This document shows, in pieces, positions 23,701 to 38,109 of a stretch of 64,000 bases of DNA. The notes under the pieces were generated by a model. That model had not been told where the DNA came from. It saw only the letters and a program-made list of their open reading frames with translations, and did not search any database. Each line of letters opens with the position of its first letter. The first letter of the stretch is position 1. Both the position numbers and the translations under genes were made by a program. Source of the stretch: Octopus sinensis (taxonomy: Eukaryota); NCBI RefSeq assembly GCF_006345805.1, contig NC_043006.1:89342001-89406000 (forward strand), given 5' to 3'.

Positions 23701-24802
23701 TTCTGGTTAAACAATTCTTGGCAAAATTGATTCACTGCTAATATGTAACCATGGGTCCCAGGATTTGACTTCGCTTCCATCACTGAAATTATTCTTTTCC
23801 ATTTGGTGTTCGGTTCTCTTTCTTTCCATCTCATTATTATTGTTAATGTAGATTGTTTGTTCATTTAATATCCATTTTACTATGATGATACAGTTTACTT
23901 TTGGGACACATTTGAGGCAGGAATTTATGGTCAAATGCTGTTCCAATCTGTAATCCTTACTTGAGTGTTAAATAAAAGATTTTTTTCCCACTTATCTTCA
24001 AAGTGCAGAGCATCTGCACATAATGTCAACAAGGAATGTAAACATCAAATCACCACATTTAACAGGTAAAGCTGTAGAATATTGAAATTCAATTATATTC
24101 ATTCACGAACACACACAATATTATCATCATCATTGAAAAGGTCAAACAAGCCAGAGGATTGCATTGAGCACCAAAGTATGCTTTGGCATGGTTTCTATAA
24201 CTAGATGCCCTATCTAACAGTAACAATTTTACAGAATGTACTGCATGCTCTTTTGTGGCACCAGCACTAGTCAAGTTGCCATGTTCCTTGCAATTATACA
24301 ACCAGTTCAAAGAAATATAGCATCAGGTTTGCCTGTCTTGTCAAATGATTTGTATTAAGGAATGATTTATCTGAAGAAATCACGACAGCTTTCTGGACAG
24401 CATCATCTGATACATTTAAATGAGTTGATATCTTCTTGAACCTGAGTACATTATCACATAAAGCAAAAAATATGAGCCCATTTATCATAAGATAACTCAA
24501 TAAATTTATAAAATAATGATATAATACATTGTAGTATCAAAAATGTCAAATACAAGACCAAACTACGAAATAATTTTTATCAATTAAATACCATAATAAT
24601 CAATAAATATTAATTTAGTGGCTTCAGATATTAGATTTTTTATAACAAAACACATTGAAGAAAAGTAAATATTTCATCTTTCTATTTGTGATGCAATGAT
24701 TTACACCAATATACATCAACATTCAAGCATACTCACATACATAAATACATACACACATATATACAATTCCATACACACACAAAAACACATTTATATATAT
24801 AT

Positions 24803-26350
24803 ATCATCATCATCGTTTAACGTCCGCTTTCCATGCTAGCATGGGTTGGACGGTTCAACTGGGGTCTGGCAAGCCCGAAGGCTGCACCAGGCCAGTCAGA
24901 TCTGGCAGTGTTTCTACAGCTGGATGCCCTTCCTAATGCCAACCACTCCGAGAGTGTAGTGGGTGATTTTATGTGCCACCGACACAGGTGCCAGACAAGG
25001 CTGGCAGACGGCCACGCTCGGATGGTGTTTTTTATGTGCCACCGACACAGGTGCCAGACGAGGCTGGCGAACGGCCACGATCGGATGGTGTTTGTTACGT
25101 GCACACAGCACGGAGGCCAGTTGATGCGGCACTGGCTACGGCCACGTTCGGATGGTTTTCTTATGTGCCACCGGCACTGGTACCACAAGGATACAAATTC
25201 CATTGATGTTCATCTATTTTGATTTGGTTTGATTTGATTTGATTTTCACTTGCCTCAACAAGTCTTCACAAGTGTCACAAGAAGGAAGGTATGCACAGGT
25301 GGACTGACTACGTCCCAGGTAGGGGCCATGGGTTATGGCTTCACTAGTCTTGCTGGGTCTTCTCACGCACAGCATACTTCCATAGGTCTCGGTCTCTAGT
25401 CATTTCCATGGTGAGACCTAACGTTCGAAGGTCGTGCTTCACCACCTCGTCCCAGGTTTTCCTGGGTCTACCTCTTCCACGGGTTCCCTCAACTGCTAGG
25501 GATTGGCACTTTCTCACACACCTATCTTCATCCATTCTCGCCACATGGCCGTACCAGCGCAATCGTCTCTCTTGCACACCACAACTGATGCTTCTTAGGT
25601 ACAACATTTCTCTCAAGGAACTAACGCTCTGTCGAGTAAGTACACTGACAGTACACATCCATCGGAGCATACTGGCTTCATTCCTCATGAGCTTACACAT
25701 ATCCTCAGCAGTCACGGCCCATGTTTCACTGCCATGTAGCATGGCAGTTCGTACACATGCATCATAGTCTGCCTTTTACTCTGAGCGAGAGGCCTTTAGT
25801 CACCAGCAGAGGTAAGAGCTCCCTAAACTTTGCCCAGGCTATTCTTATTCTAGCAGTTACACTCTCAGTGCACCCACCCCCATTACTGACTTGGTCACCT
25901 AGATAACGGAAGCTATCAACTACTTCTAGTTTTTCCCCCTGGAAAGTGACGGAAGTTGTTTTTTGCAGATTTTCGGAGGTCAATGCTCCCGAGCATCTGC
26001 CACATACAAAAACTATCTTCCCAGTTAGCCTACCTTTGACATTACTGCACCTCTTATGTGTCCATAGCTTACACTGGGTACATCTTATAGAGTTCCTACC
26101 TACACCTTTTCTACAGATCGAGCAGGGCCATCTTCCTGAGGACATTTGTGGATTGTCTACCTTTCTACTTATTAGTACTTTGGTTTTAGCTAGGTTGACT
26201 CTAAGGCCCCTCGATTCTAAACCCTCCTTCCACACCTGGAATTTCTCCTCCAGTTCTGATAGTGACTCAGCAATTAGAGCGAGGTCGTCAGCATAGAGGA
26301 GCTCCCAGGGGCAACCTGTCTTGAATTCCTCCACAATTGCCTGGAGGACT
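24803..26350 (-). mobile_element. 5'-truncated RTE-clade LINE (RT C-terminal half, 3' UTR and (GAT)n tail)
   Basis: LLYADDLAL, GLRVNLAKTK, FRYLG, LHGSETW, RRLRWYGHV, RGRGRPRKTW. One frameshift near 25765. The 3' UTR has ~52-bp internal repeats. Confidence 0.92.
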
Positions 26351-26649
26351 TACATATTACACAAGCATACACACATGTATGATTAGTTTCAAAAGAGTTT
26401 TTGTCTATCATATTTCCCTCCTTAAGCATTGGTTAGCCTGAGGTTGAAGAGAAAACACTTGCTCAAAGTTAGCTAACTGAATCTCCTAACCACACAGCCA
26501 TGCTTGTACCAGTATATATATATATATCTATCTGTCTGTCTGCCTATCTATCTAATCTGTATATATATGTATATATGTGTGTGTGTGTACACACATATAT
26601 ACATTAGTACACAACCATACACACACACATATTCTCCTATGTCTAGGGA

Positions 26650-26757
26650 GAGTCATTTTATTTTAGTGCCTTATAATTTAACATACTCACTGGTAAAATT
26701 TCCACTTATTTTACCAGTGAGTGTGTAAAATTATACAGCATTAAAAAAGAATGACTC
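26650..26757. repeat. Fold-back (MITE-like) inverted repeat
   Basis: GAGTCATT...ACTCACTGGTAAAAT, an 8-nt loop, then ATTTTACCAGTGAGT...AATGACTC. Confidence 0.75.
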
Positions 26758-28097
26758 ATATATATATATATATTTTTTTTTTTTAACTTTTATATGTTTA
26801 TTTAGTAATTGGGATGAAATTATTATTGCTATAATTCAAGAAAATTCATATCTGTTGTTCGTTAATTAAACAGAGAGTGTTGTTTATTAATTGGACGCAC
26901 ACATTTAAACACTCTCACTGTTGATTAATTGTCTAATTGTCTGAGATGAGTTGTTATTAATAAGATAACAATTTTCCAATCTATTAAGCTCATCTTTACT
27001 GTTTACAGTTTGAATATTTATATATCTGCTTTATGTTTAGATTAGTTTGTTAGTCAGTCGTCAACAGGTGTCTTATTTCTCTGAATTTAAATGGATCATC
27101 ATTAGTTTCAATGATGTGCATTGAGTTCTTTGATTGTTTAACTTGTTTCTGTTAGCGCACTGTGGCCATGCTGGGGCACTACTTTGTATAATCTAGTTGA
27201 TCAAATCAACTCCACTACTAAGTCTTTTATTTTGCTGGTCCTTCCCTTTGCACAACTACAAAGTTATGAGGATGTAAACAAACCAACGTCAGTTTTTTTA
27301 GTGCTGAGACACAGACACAAAGGTGCAAACACACATATATATATACAGACTTCTACATAGTATCCTTTGACTAATTCTGTTCACATTGCATAAGTTGCCC
27401 TGGGGCTATAGATGAAGACATTTGCCAAAGGTGCTGTGCTGTTGGTCTGAAATCCTGTAGCTGCAAAGCAAATTTCTTAACACAGCCATGCTTGATTGGT
27501 CAAGTGAATTTTTTTTTCTTTTCATAATCAGGAGGGAAGGCCAGCACCCATGACACTATTACAGAGCCTCTGAAATTAGATGGAGGGAGAAAAGGAAGTA
27601 CTCTCAAACCAGAGATCTAACCTGAATGCTTGAACTAGAGTGAATTCGATGAAAGACATCCAAGGGCCAAACAGTGCTGTTGAATTGAGTGATGGATTAA
27701 GTCTCTCAATCAAATAAACCAAAACAGGATTTGAACTCAGAATAACAAAATATTCTCCCAAAATCAAAAAATGTGTGTGTCACATTTGTAATAGAGTGAG
27801 TTGAAAAATTTCATTTAATTGAATTGTCCCATGCAATTCAATTAAACAACTTCTTCTAGATGTGTTTAAAAACTTGAAAACACCAAGCAAGATAAAAAAT
27901 TTCAGTAAAATCATTTAAATGAAATCTGGGGAAAATATGCAAAAGTTCAGATTGTTTGATCTAGTCTTTAAGACAACTGTTCCCAGGAAAGCATAACCAT
28001 TTCAAATAGTCATCTGTGCATCATAATAAATGTATATACACAGTAAAAAGGCATGCTGTTATCCTTTTTGTTTAAGACATAAAATTTTTATAGACAT

Positions 28098-29345
28098 GTG
28101 TTAAAAACTCAACATATATTCAAGCAAAAAGATCATCATAAAAACCTGACAGATGATTCTTTTACCATCTGGAATAAGACCTATGATAAACTTCTGGATT
28201 TCAAATCCCCACTGAACAATATAAACTCCAATGTTCAATTTACAATGGAATATAGCAAGGAACAGCTCCCATTTCTGGACATTTTCATTATAAAAAACTC
28301 CAACAACCACATTGCAACTGACCAAAAAAAAAATATCCCATTCAACGTAGCGAAAAGGATCTGTACAATTGTATCTGACACAACCACTCAGGAACTTCAC
28401 CTACAAGACCTCAAAATAACACTTATTGAACGTCAATAACCACCTACACTTATAGACCATGGAATTAAATGTGCCAAGAAATTGGACACAAACACACTAA
28501 GGACACGAAAACAAAACACCACACCTCACTTTAAATCACTCCCATACATATCAACCAACATCCCCAGAAACAATGAAGCATACAACACAATTATACAAAA
28601 TCTCCTTCTGCTCACTCAAGACCTGAAAATGAACATCCTAAATACACACAAAATCCTCAAATGCAAAAGACAACACAAATCACTTAAGAGACTCCAAAGA
28701 AATGCAAAACTATACTCAATACATACAATACCAACAGTTAAAAAGTGCAGACAACCTAATTATGGTATATGCCCATACCTAACTGAAGGCTCAGAATTCA
28801 CATTCCAGCAAGGAGAAAAATTCTCAATTGAGACCAACTTCCCATGTGATTCCCAGAACCATATCTATGTCCTAACCTGCTCAGGTTGTGGCCACAATTA
28901 TGTGGGCCAAACAAGCCTTACATTGAGATGCAGAGTCATGCTGCATAAAGAACAGATTCATTTTCCTCGATACAGGCAGATAGCCCTGAGTGAACATATC
29001 GATAGATGTGCAAGAAATAAAATGCTGAATTTCCATATCTTTCCATTATACCAATTCAATCTCCTTACAAGAATGCCTAAACAAGGAAAATCTGTTCATA
29101 CAAAAGTACAGACCACACCTTAATATACAAACTTAACTACCTGATCCTTACACATTCCTATTTAAACAATTGTACTGGAGTGTTAGTTGGCCCCCTTGTC
29201 ACCTGTTGTCTCCCTTTGTCCACTCTCTAGACTCATTCTTACTTTTCAAGCATCCAAAATGGTGAGACCCCTTTGTCACAAGAATTGACTACTTCACAAT
29301 GTCCCTTGGAAAGCTAATTTAAATAGCAAAAACCGGTTGAATATC
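28098..29345 (+). pseudogene. Decayed Penelope-like element (Neptune-like linker): RT C-terminus plus GIY-YIG
   Basis: DDSFTIW, LNNINSNVQFTMEYSKEQLPFLDI, NIPF..AKRICTIVS, KC..P...ICPY, CDSQNHIYVLTCSGC..NYVGQT..L..R...H. Stops and deletions present. Confidence 0.88.
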
Positions 29346-30199
29346 ACGACATCCATAAAATATGTATATATATAAAAAAAATTTCTTTATAAAAAGATAT
29401 TAAACTATGTGAAACGAAGGCATTTCTCTTCCACTTTTTATGTTTTCCACATATTTTTTCAACTCATAATTTTGCCACGTGGTGTATACTGAATCTCCAG
29501 TATTTTTGCTCCTTATATATATATATACACACACACACACACAGAAATGCAGTGTGTATAACAATATAGCTAAAGGGAAATAGCTCAGGAGAGAATTTTG
29601 AATATTAAACACATATACAGTAGAATCTAACAGGTATAATATAGGTAGTAATATAGTGAAGTGAAAGTTTTCAATTAAGTGATATTTTTCAAACAGCCAA
29701 TAGCCCTAAGATCTCTCTACGAGTGGTAATAATCTAACAGACAACATGCAACAGTCCTAATTCCCATAAAATCATGTTAGTGAAATTTTTTGGAGAATGT
29801 AGAGAATACCATCTCTTGAAAATGACAAGACTTCATGTGAAAGACAAGAATCTGTTCTAAATTTACTGAGAAGTTCAGCTTGTAAGGCACCTCTTAACTT
29901 TAGACACTTCACAGGGTTCAACATCTCTGGTTATAAACAATATGAAATATCTCTCTCTTACTCCCTTGTTCTCCCACCCAGTTTCAACTAAAAATTTTTT
30001 TAAAATATTTTTTAAAAGCCAAAACATTAATTTTTCAGTTCATTGCAAATAACTGAAACTTCAAAAAATTTAAAGATCAACTCAAAAGCATTCGATTATG
30101 ATCTTTTCATAACCTTTAGTTGACCAGCAAATCAAATCATCTGGTTGTATGATCTAAAACTTCAATTTTGATTGCTACATCTGATAGCTTTACTATAAG

Positions 30200-30246
<47 letters not shown>

Positions 30247-30283
30247 CGTAGTCGTAGTAGTAGTAGTAGTAGTAGTAGTAGTA
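30200..30283. repeat. (TAG)n microsatellite
   Basis: Direct reading. Confidence 0.95.
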
Positions 30284-33200
30284 AAACATGAATAAATAAA
30301 TCCTTGAAAAATGTCTTCTTTTATCAGATGACTAAAAAGAAGAAAAAAAACATAAAGAAGAAATAAATATACTTTCTTGTATTGAACAAAGGGAAAAAAC
30401 AGGAAAACAACTAAGAAAAATAAAAAAAGAAAGAAAAATATGACAAAAAAAGAGGAAAGAGTTTAATGTTATCACAAATATCTTTTTCAGTCATTTCCTT
30501 TGATCCATGCATACAGTTCAATAAATTTTAATTCAGTTAGCTTTTAATCCAATTTTATTCAATGGAAAAGTCATATATCAAGGTACTATGTAGACTGTTA
30601 AAATCTCTGGTGCATCCCATCGTCCTATGTTTAGATTATGTTGAACCTTAATTACATTCACTTAGTGAGGTACCACTACCCTACCACCACCGTGCCTTTA
30701 TTATTAAGTCTGTCAATGTTCCTTTTACATTTGTTTCTTGACTTTACCCACTCTTCCTCGCTGCCAAAAACAACAAACGATGTTCTGAAACCTTTATTTT
30801 GTGGTTTGGCAAACTATAAAAGCAAAGCAGTGTACATAAACAACATCTTTTTGGTATGGTTGCATTTTGCTTTATTTTAATAGTTTTACATTCTGTTTCT
30901 CTTCAACATTGCTCCAGAATTGACTTTCTCAGTTGTGTATAATATAATTTATGGGCAAGAATTAAAAGTTTTTAAAAAATCATAAAGAAGAAAAGCAAGA
31001 ATATTATGTGACAAGAAATTCTTGAAATCAGTGAGAAGTGGTTCTAACTTTAAGACTTAAACAACATCAACTACTTTTCTGTTATTGGAGGCTTAACACT
31101 TTCAAAGACAAAAATGGAAAACATTCAATTATACACACTTTCCACTTTTGTTTGGTAATTGTGATGACAGTTGTGGTTTCGCCCCAAACTGGACCCAGTC
31201 CAGTAGATCTTTGACCAACAGCAACATTCCAGCCATTACCAGACTTCTTTTTACTAGGTATAGTACACCCTGGACTACATTATTCAATGCATCATATTTT
31301 TTTTTGAGACAGTAAAGTGTAATTTGAGGAAAATTTTGCTGTTTGTTCTAGTAGATGTCTATCTAGAAGATCCATCAGTGGTAGGAATTGCTGTATAGCC
31401 ACAGGCATTCCCTTACTGAGCAGACCTATGGCACTCCAGTCTGATCATCTTATCTTTTCATAGGTACAGTTTATCTAGGACTACATTATCCAATGTATCC
31501 TTAAAAAAAGGACATTAGGTTGTCATTGAGGAAGAATTGGTTGCTATTTCATGGTTATCAAGTCACCATGTGGAGGCTTCTAGTGTTTTTTTGTCCCTTG
31601 GTGGTTGTAGTTGTTATTGTTGTTCATGTTTAACCCTAAGTCAGGCCTGATCAAGCAACACCTATGATTAATGCCACTCAAACCATAAACAACCTATTAT
31701 ATTTTCCAGTAAAAGTTTTTACCTGTGTCTATGCATCCATTAAGATACCAAGATGTGGTTTGAGGGATATTTGACTACTATTTCTAACAAGGTGAGCATC
31801 CATGTAGAAGCCTTATCACTGGTTTGTTGTCCCTATATGTGTGTTGTGTGTGTGTGTGTGTGTGTGTGTTTGTGTGTATGCATGAGTCTGCCATTGTTTT
31901 GATATCCCAAGCTGGTTGTAAGTTGAGCTTCTCCATCATACAAATAAAAATCTTCACTTCCAATCTTTAGTGAAAAATGTATCTACCATTATGGAAAATA
32001 TATTGTTGCTTAGAAACAGGTGAAGGCTGATGATATGAAAAGTATCAGGCTATAGAGAATGTGTTTCAATGAATTCCATCTGACCAATGCAAGCAAGGAA
32101 CACTGGATATCAAAACAATGAGGGCAATGATAATAACTGATTTTTGTTTTTTACCCTTGAGTGTGCTAATTGCACTGATTTTGGCCTTCATGCATTTTGC
32201 GAAATTTCTTGCATTATAAGGCAATATATTGAATAGTTTCTTTTAAATGTTTGAGATATTTTTGAGAACTCTTAATGTCTATTAATTGTGAATTCTACAT
32301 TTAGGGACAATGATATTTCCTATACTTTTCCTCCCTACAGTTATTAACTATTGTTTAGTAATGATTAAAACAAAAGGGAATTGAAAGAGATTTCCCAGTT
32401 ATAAATTAAAAAGCAAAAAGTGTTGATATTTTCTGTTTGTGTGACAAAATACTAAATTCTTTATCAATTTATATCTACTTCCCAAGCTAGTTTGTGTCAG
32501 TTGGGTTGTCATAGTTCAAGTTAATTCTTTTTTGGGGTCATTGCTGTTGTAAATCTGAGAAGAGCACCATGCCTCATTCATTTGTTTTGATCTTGGCATG
32601 GTTTCTGCGATCGAATGCTATTTCTAATAACAACTACTTTGTGAATGTAATGGGCGGTTTGTTTCATGACATCAGCACTAGAGAAATTGTCATGTTCTTG
32701 ACAAAAAAAAACTCAAAAGTCTTCTCAACCCTTTGATATGTCCCTTTGGTTGCCTAGCACATCACAAAATGCACTTGATGTACTTTATCATAAGACCAGC
32801 ACTTGTATGGTCACTTTGTACCAGGATACTCATTGCTCTATATTAATGAAATGGTCTTTAAAATTCAGGTATTTTCCTAATTAAAGTGTGTGTTCAACTG
32901 TGATGTGAAAGAATGTCTATTTTTCTGTTAGATTCTTTTGGCATGAGATCAAGTAATATGCCTTATGTAATAATACAATATACCTGCAATTACAAAGGAA
33001 GATAATATAAATATTATTTGCAACTGTTAAGCATCATTAAATTGTTCCTCTATTTGAAAAGAAAATCTGAATTTTATTGAGAGCATGACAGTTCATGGTT
33101 CTTGGCACCACTATGAGAAATGACAGGAATCTAAGTAGAAACAAACATTCTGGTCTCCTCAAACAAAAGGGAGATTTCAGCTGCAACTTAGAAGAACTTT

Positions 33201-34073
33201 AAAGATATATGAGGGTTGCAGTAATGCCCTGAAAAGTCACTGCATTTCCAATCCAGTAATACTTTATTAGTTCATATATTCATAAGGACAGTGGCACCTT
33301 TTTCATAAAACAAATATGACTTATAGCACTAACTCCCCAGCAACACATCTTCCCAACACATATTCCCCCCACCCCCACCTGTTGCAGGTCCCTCCACTTT
33401 CTCTCACGTAGCCATCAGCAAACTCTCCCTGTCCTTACATATCTACTATACCCACCTCCCATGCACTCCAATTTCTCTTGCCATCACATGCTACAGTCAC
33501 CTCTTCCCCATCTTCTACCATCTCCATTTACACTCTTATGGAACATCGCCCTCTCTACCGCATATACCCTCCCCACTCTAACTGTTCCCTGCTGGTTGCC
33601 CCCCCCCCCTCCCAAAGTATCTCCAACATCATTTATTTGTCCCTCACTTTGTCTAGTTATTTCTAACCTTATCTCTCCTTCCTTGTCTTACTGGGGGAGT
33701 AAAGCATCTCCCCTATAGTAAGATACCTATCTCTCTCCCTCTGTTATATTCTGATTTCTCACCTGGCACAAAGCCACGCCCCTTGCTTTGAATCCCTCTT
33801 CCAGCTGGGATATCTTTATCTCACAAATTACCTGGTGACCTCCACTGGTATTGCTTTCACATAAAAAGCACCCAGTGACACTCTATAAAGTGGTTGGCTC
33901 TAGGAAGGGAATTCAGACACAGAAACCATGACAAAGCAGACAATTGAGCCTGGTGCAGCTCTCCAGCCTTGCCAGCTTCTGTCAAACCATCCAAACTATG
34001 CCAGCATGGAAAAAATGTTAATGATGATGATGATGATACAGATATACATACATACATACATACATACATACAT

Positions 34074-34512
34074 TATGGCTGCCCCCTCGTTATCGAGTAT
34101 GGCCATTGCACAAAGCTTAACTGTTACTGGTGCTGTGATTGAATGTGACTTTTTAGCCCAGCTAAAGATCTACAATGTCTTGTGCAGAATTGGCAACTAA
34201 AACCTTTACTGGTAATAGCCGGCTGTAGTTGTAACTGGGCTTCATGTACCTTTGCATGTCATTTAAGTCCTGCTGCCGAATTACACTCTCTTCCACATGC
34301 CCGACAGATATGATTAGTATGGTGTGTTACACCACCACCAGTGGCCAGGTTGTCACTCATCTGTCCCTCTTTATGACTATGAAGATGACTCTTGAGTCCA
34401 GCTTTACTGAGGCAGGGTCTTGCACAGACACTGCATGTCAGCATCATAGGAAGACCCTTCCCATCTGGAAGTGTAACAGCGATGCCCTTCCTGACATCCC
34501 TCCTTACTTTCT
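34074..34512 (-). mobile_element. 3' fragment of an RTE/BovB-like LINE with tandem C2H2-type fingers
   Basis: CSVCARPCLSKAGLKSHLHSH and CRACGRECNSAAGLK*H, flanked by (CATA)n. Confidence 0.7.
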
Positions 34513-36843
34513 CATACATACATACATACATACATTCATACATCTATATATATATATATATATATGACACTCAACTATGAGCCCACTGCATCTTACAACA
34601 GAAACAGCTGTAAGCTAATGAAGTTCATAAAATAATTATTCATTATTTTGTCATCTCTCTTTCTTATTACCACTCTGTGCTCAGCTAACACTTCATTCTG
34701 TACCATATGTAACACTGACTTCTACGTTGGTCTTGCAATGCTGAAATAAAACATTAACCCCCCCCATACACACACACACATATATATGCACAGGTGTGGC
34801 TGCATGGTAAGAAGTTTGCTTCCCATCCAAATGGTTCAAGATTTAGTTCCATTGTGTGGCACCTTGGGCTGACCAAAGCCTTGTGAGTGGATTTGGGTGA
34901 TGGAAATTGTAAGTCTCCTTGCCTTGACATCACTTGAGTTGTAAGTAATGAACATCACAATCATACAAGCAATGTACTTTGTTTCCAAGATTCTGTGAAA
35001 ACATGTCTGGCCATGGGGAGTTATTACCTTGCTTAGAAACAGGTGAATTTACCACACAGTGCAATTGAGATACACCAGCAGATAGCAAAGTATAGTGTTA
35101 ACCCTTTTATTGCTAATAAAGAATCACTTATAGAGAGGTTAGCAAAGTATAGCATTAACTAGCTGTTTATTTACAATGAATCTAGCAGATAGAAAATTAT
35201 AAAGCTATAAATTTAATTGCCAACAAGAAGTAAAATGTAGAGAATAGTACAGTTGGAAGCTGTTAGTAGAAAACAAAGCTACAGTTAAATACTTGTTCGC
35301 TATCAAAGTTGAATTTACAGTAGAATACAGAGATTAGTAGAGTTGCTGCTTATGAGGTGGTGCATTTGTTTTAGAACAGGTACATGGTAAACTTGCATAG
35401 TGTAAAAGGGATAACTAAAAGGGATGAAGACATGATGTGCATCTAATTGTAAACCACTGGCTCAGAAAGTGATCATAAGTATAATTAGAAGCCTGTCATG
35501 GGGTCCTTGCAAGGCAATTTTAGTAGGAAAATGGGCCTCAACACATTTATTGTTATTGTAGTAGAGTAGAAAGATACTAGCAGCTAAAAGAAATCTTAAA
35601 ACTTCCAATCAAACATTTTTATTATCAAATCATCTTATTTTTCATCCTTTCTTTCTCTAACCAACTTCTATCTTTGTCCTTTGATATAACACATAACTGA
35701 TTCATTATTATTACTATCAAAAAAAATAATAAAAAGCAAAACATATAAAAACCAATAAAATGATCTACTATGATAAGGATTATCTAAAGAGAGATAGATT
35801 TTCAATGAAAGAACACAAATAAATGGGCTTCTGCTGGTAACCTGGTGGGGAGTGGATGTTTAAAATGGTCTGGCAGCAAAGACTGGCGAAGGAAATATTA
35901 ATGGTCCTTTGAAAGACAAAACCTAAGTGAATTAAATGTAACTCAATAGGAAGCCTGTCATGGACACTGCTTGTAGGGGTTTTCGAGTGTTTATGGAGCA
36001 GTAATTAAACAAACTGATGTTACACTAGTGACTATTTTATTGTTGTTGTTGTTGTCGGTGGTGGTGGTGCTGCTGCTGCTGTGAATAATGATTGAAGAAA
36101 GACAGCCATAATAGTCTGGAGAAGATAGTGGTGAATGAAGCAAAGGTGTAACAGTAGGGAACCTTTTCTTTTTAAAAGTGCTGGTCAAGAGAAGTGTTTA
36201 GTTTTATTATCTTTACAAAATCTACAGTTGAACTGATACAGCTGATTTAAACATTAATTTCTTGGTTTATTTTTCTATATGTCCAATACATGGCTTAGGG
36301 AAAAGAGCACAGGTATAGCTTCGGGGTTTAGAAGTTCTGAATCATGGCGCAGTGCACTGGGCAAATGTCTCTTAACATAACCTTAGGTTGACCAGTGTCT
36401 TGGGAGTGGAATTTGGAAAAAGAAAACTGAGAAGTTTGTGTGTGTATGTTTGTCTTTACTTTGATGTAACCTGATAGTTGTAAATGAATGTCACTGTCAC
36501 ATAAGCAGTGGCATTCATTCCCAATATTCTGCAAAAGCATGTCTGACCATGGGAAAATATTACCTTGTTTGGAAATAGACATGGGTTGGAAACAAAGAAT
36601 ATCTGGCCATAGAAAATCTACTTTCAGTTCCATTCAATGGCTTCTTGCTGACTTTTTGAATTGTACACAGATCCAGCATTGGCAGCAATCAATAGTTATC
36701 CACAACAAATATGTTGTAAAAAATTATAGCTCCAAGAAAGAAGTTCATGTGTGTGTGTCTTTCTCTCTCTCTTTCATTGATGTACATATGCAGACATATA
36801 AGTATCAACAAGGTGACCAAAAATCGGGACATTTAATCATAAA

Positions 36844-38109
36844 TATGAGTGCTATCAAAAGCTTCCTGGACTTGTTATGCTTAATAAAAAAATAACTTAT
36901 TTACTAAATTTATGACATCATCTCCTTCAAAATAGTCACCTTTTGAGTAACAAGGCACTGGTCACAGTGTCCTGCTGCTTTTGGAATCCAGCCTCGAAGT
37001 TGTTTTCCGTAAGTTAGTTGAAGACCTGTGATTAGCTCTTGATTTCAACAATGGTGTTAAAACAGCAACCTTGGGGAAGTGATGGAAGTCCACAGGTGCT
37101 AAATCTGGTGAATAGAGCAGGTGCAGAAGCAATACCATGTTGTTTTTGGTGAGAAACTCATGAGTGAGGAAAGCTTGGCAACAGGGGCATTGTTGTTGCG
37201 AAGAATCCAACTTTTTGCGCTTCATAGATTTAGTCACTTTGCTGAATGTCCTCCCCCAAATGCTTCAAAACATCAAAGCAGAACTCTCGATTGACAGTCT
37301 GGCCCAGGAGGGGGACGGATTCTCAAATCACAATACTATGAATGTAGTAAAAAATGATGAGCCACAGCTCTGTCATGCCTTCTCTAGTTGTGAAGATGAA
37401 GGCCTCTTCCATTATGATGACTGCTGCTTCATCTTAGGGTCATACCTGTTGACCCAACTCTCATCAGAAGTGATGATCCTCAACATGAAGGATGGGTCAC
37501 CAGCAGCAGGCTGACTGAGATCTTGACAGATCATGACACAATGTTCTTTCTGCTCAGTGGTCAGCAGGTGGGGGACAAATTTATCAGAAACATGTTACAT
37601 GTTCAATTCAGGCATTAGGATTACTTGCATGGCCCCATACGACAGACCAAGAGCACCAGCAATGTTGTTGATTTTCCTCCAACGATCCTCATGCCACAAA
37701 CTGATGAATTTTCTCCACATTTCCAGGGGTGACACTCATGGCAGGCCTTCCAGATTGCTAATCATCTTCCAAGAATGTTCTTCTGCTTCTGAAGCACCTG
37801 TATGCCTTGAAACATTGTGTACAACCCACTGCCTAGTTGCTGTTAGCTTGCCAAAGCATGTTCAATGTCTCTGTAGCAGACTTCCTAAGTTTAACACAAA
37901 ATTTCACTTTGGCTCTTTGTTCCAACTTCCAGTCCATGACAAAATTGCAGACTACAGCATACATGTAATCACAAAAACACAAACAGCAATGCCACTTGAC
38001 CACTGTCTCATGAAGGTCACTGCTAGCTCTCACTGCACACACAGCTATGTGTTGCCATCTGTTGGTGTGCCATAGGACTAGTCCAGGAGCTTTATGATAC
38101 CACCTTGTA
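36844..38109 (-). mobile_element. Near full-length dead mariner transposon (~1.27 kb)
   Basis: TIRs TATGAGTGCTATCAAAAGCTTCCTGGACT and AGTCCAGGAGCTTTATGATACCACCTTGTA. N-terminal EQRAKVKFCVKLRKSATETL; YSPDLAPVDF..FPK motif; multiple frameshifts. Confidence 0.9.

Noticed and set aside
24294-24500. 68-aa minus-strand ORF with an acceptor-like site
   Set aside because: No canonical donor and no recognisable domain.
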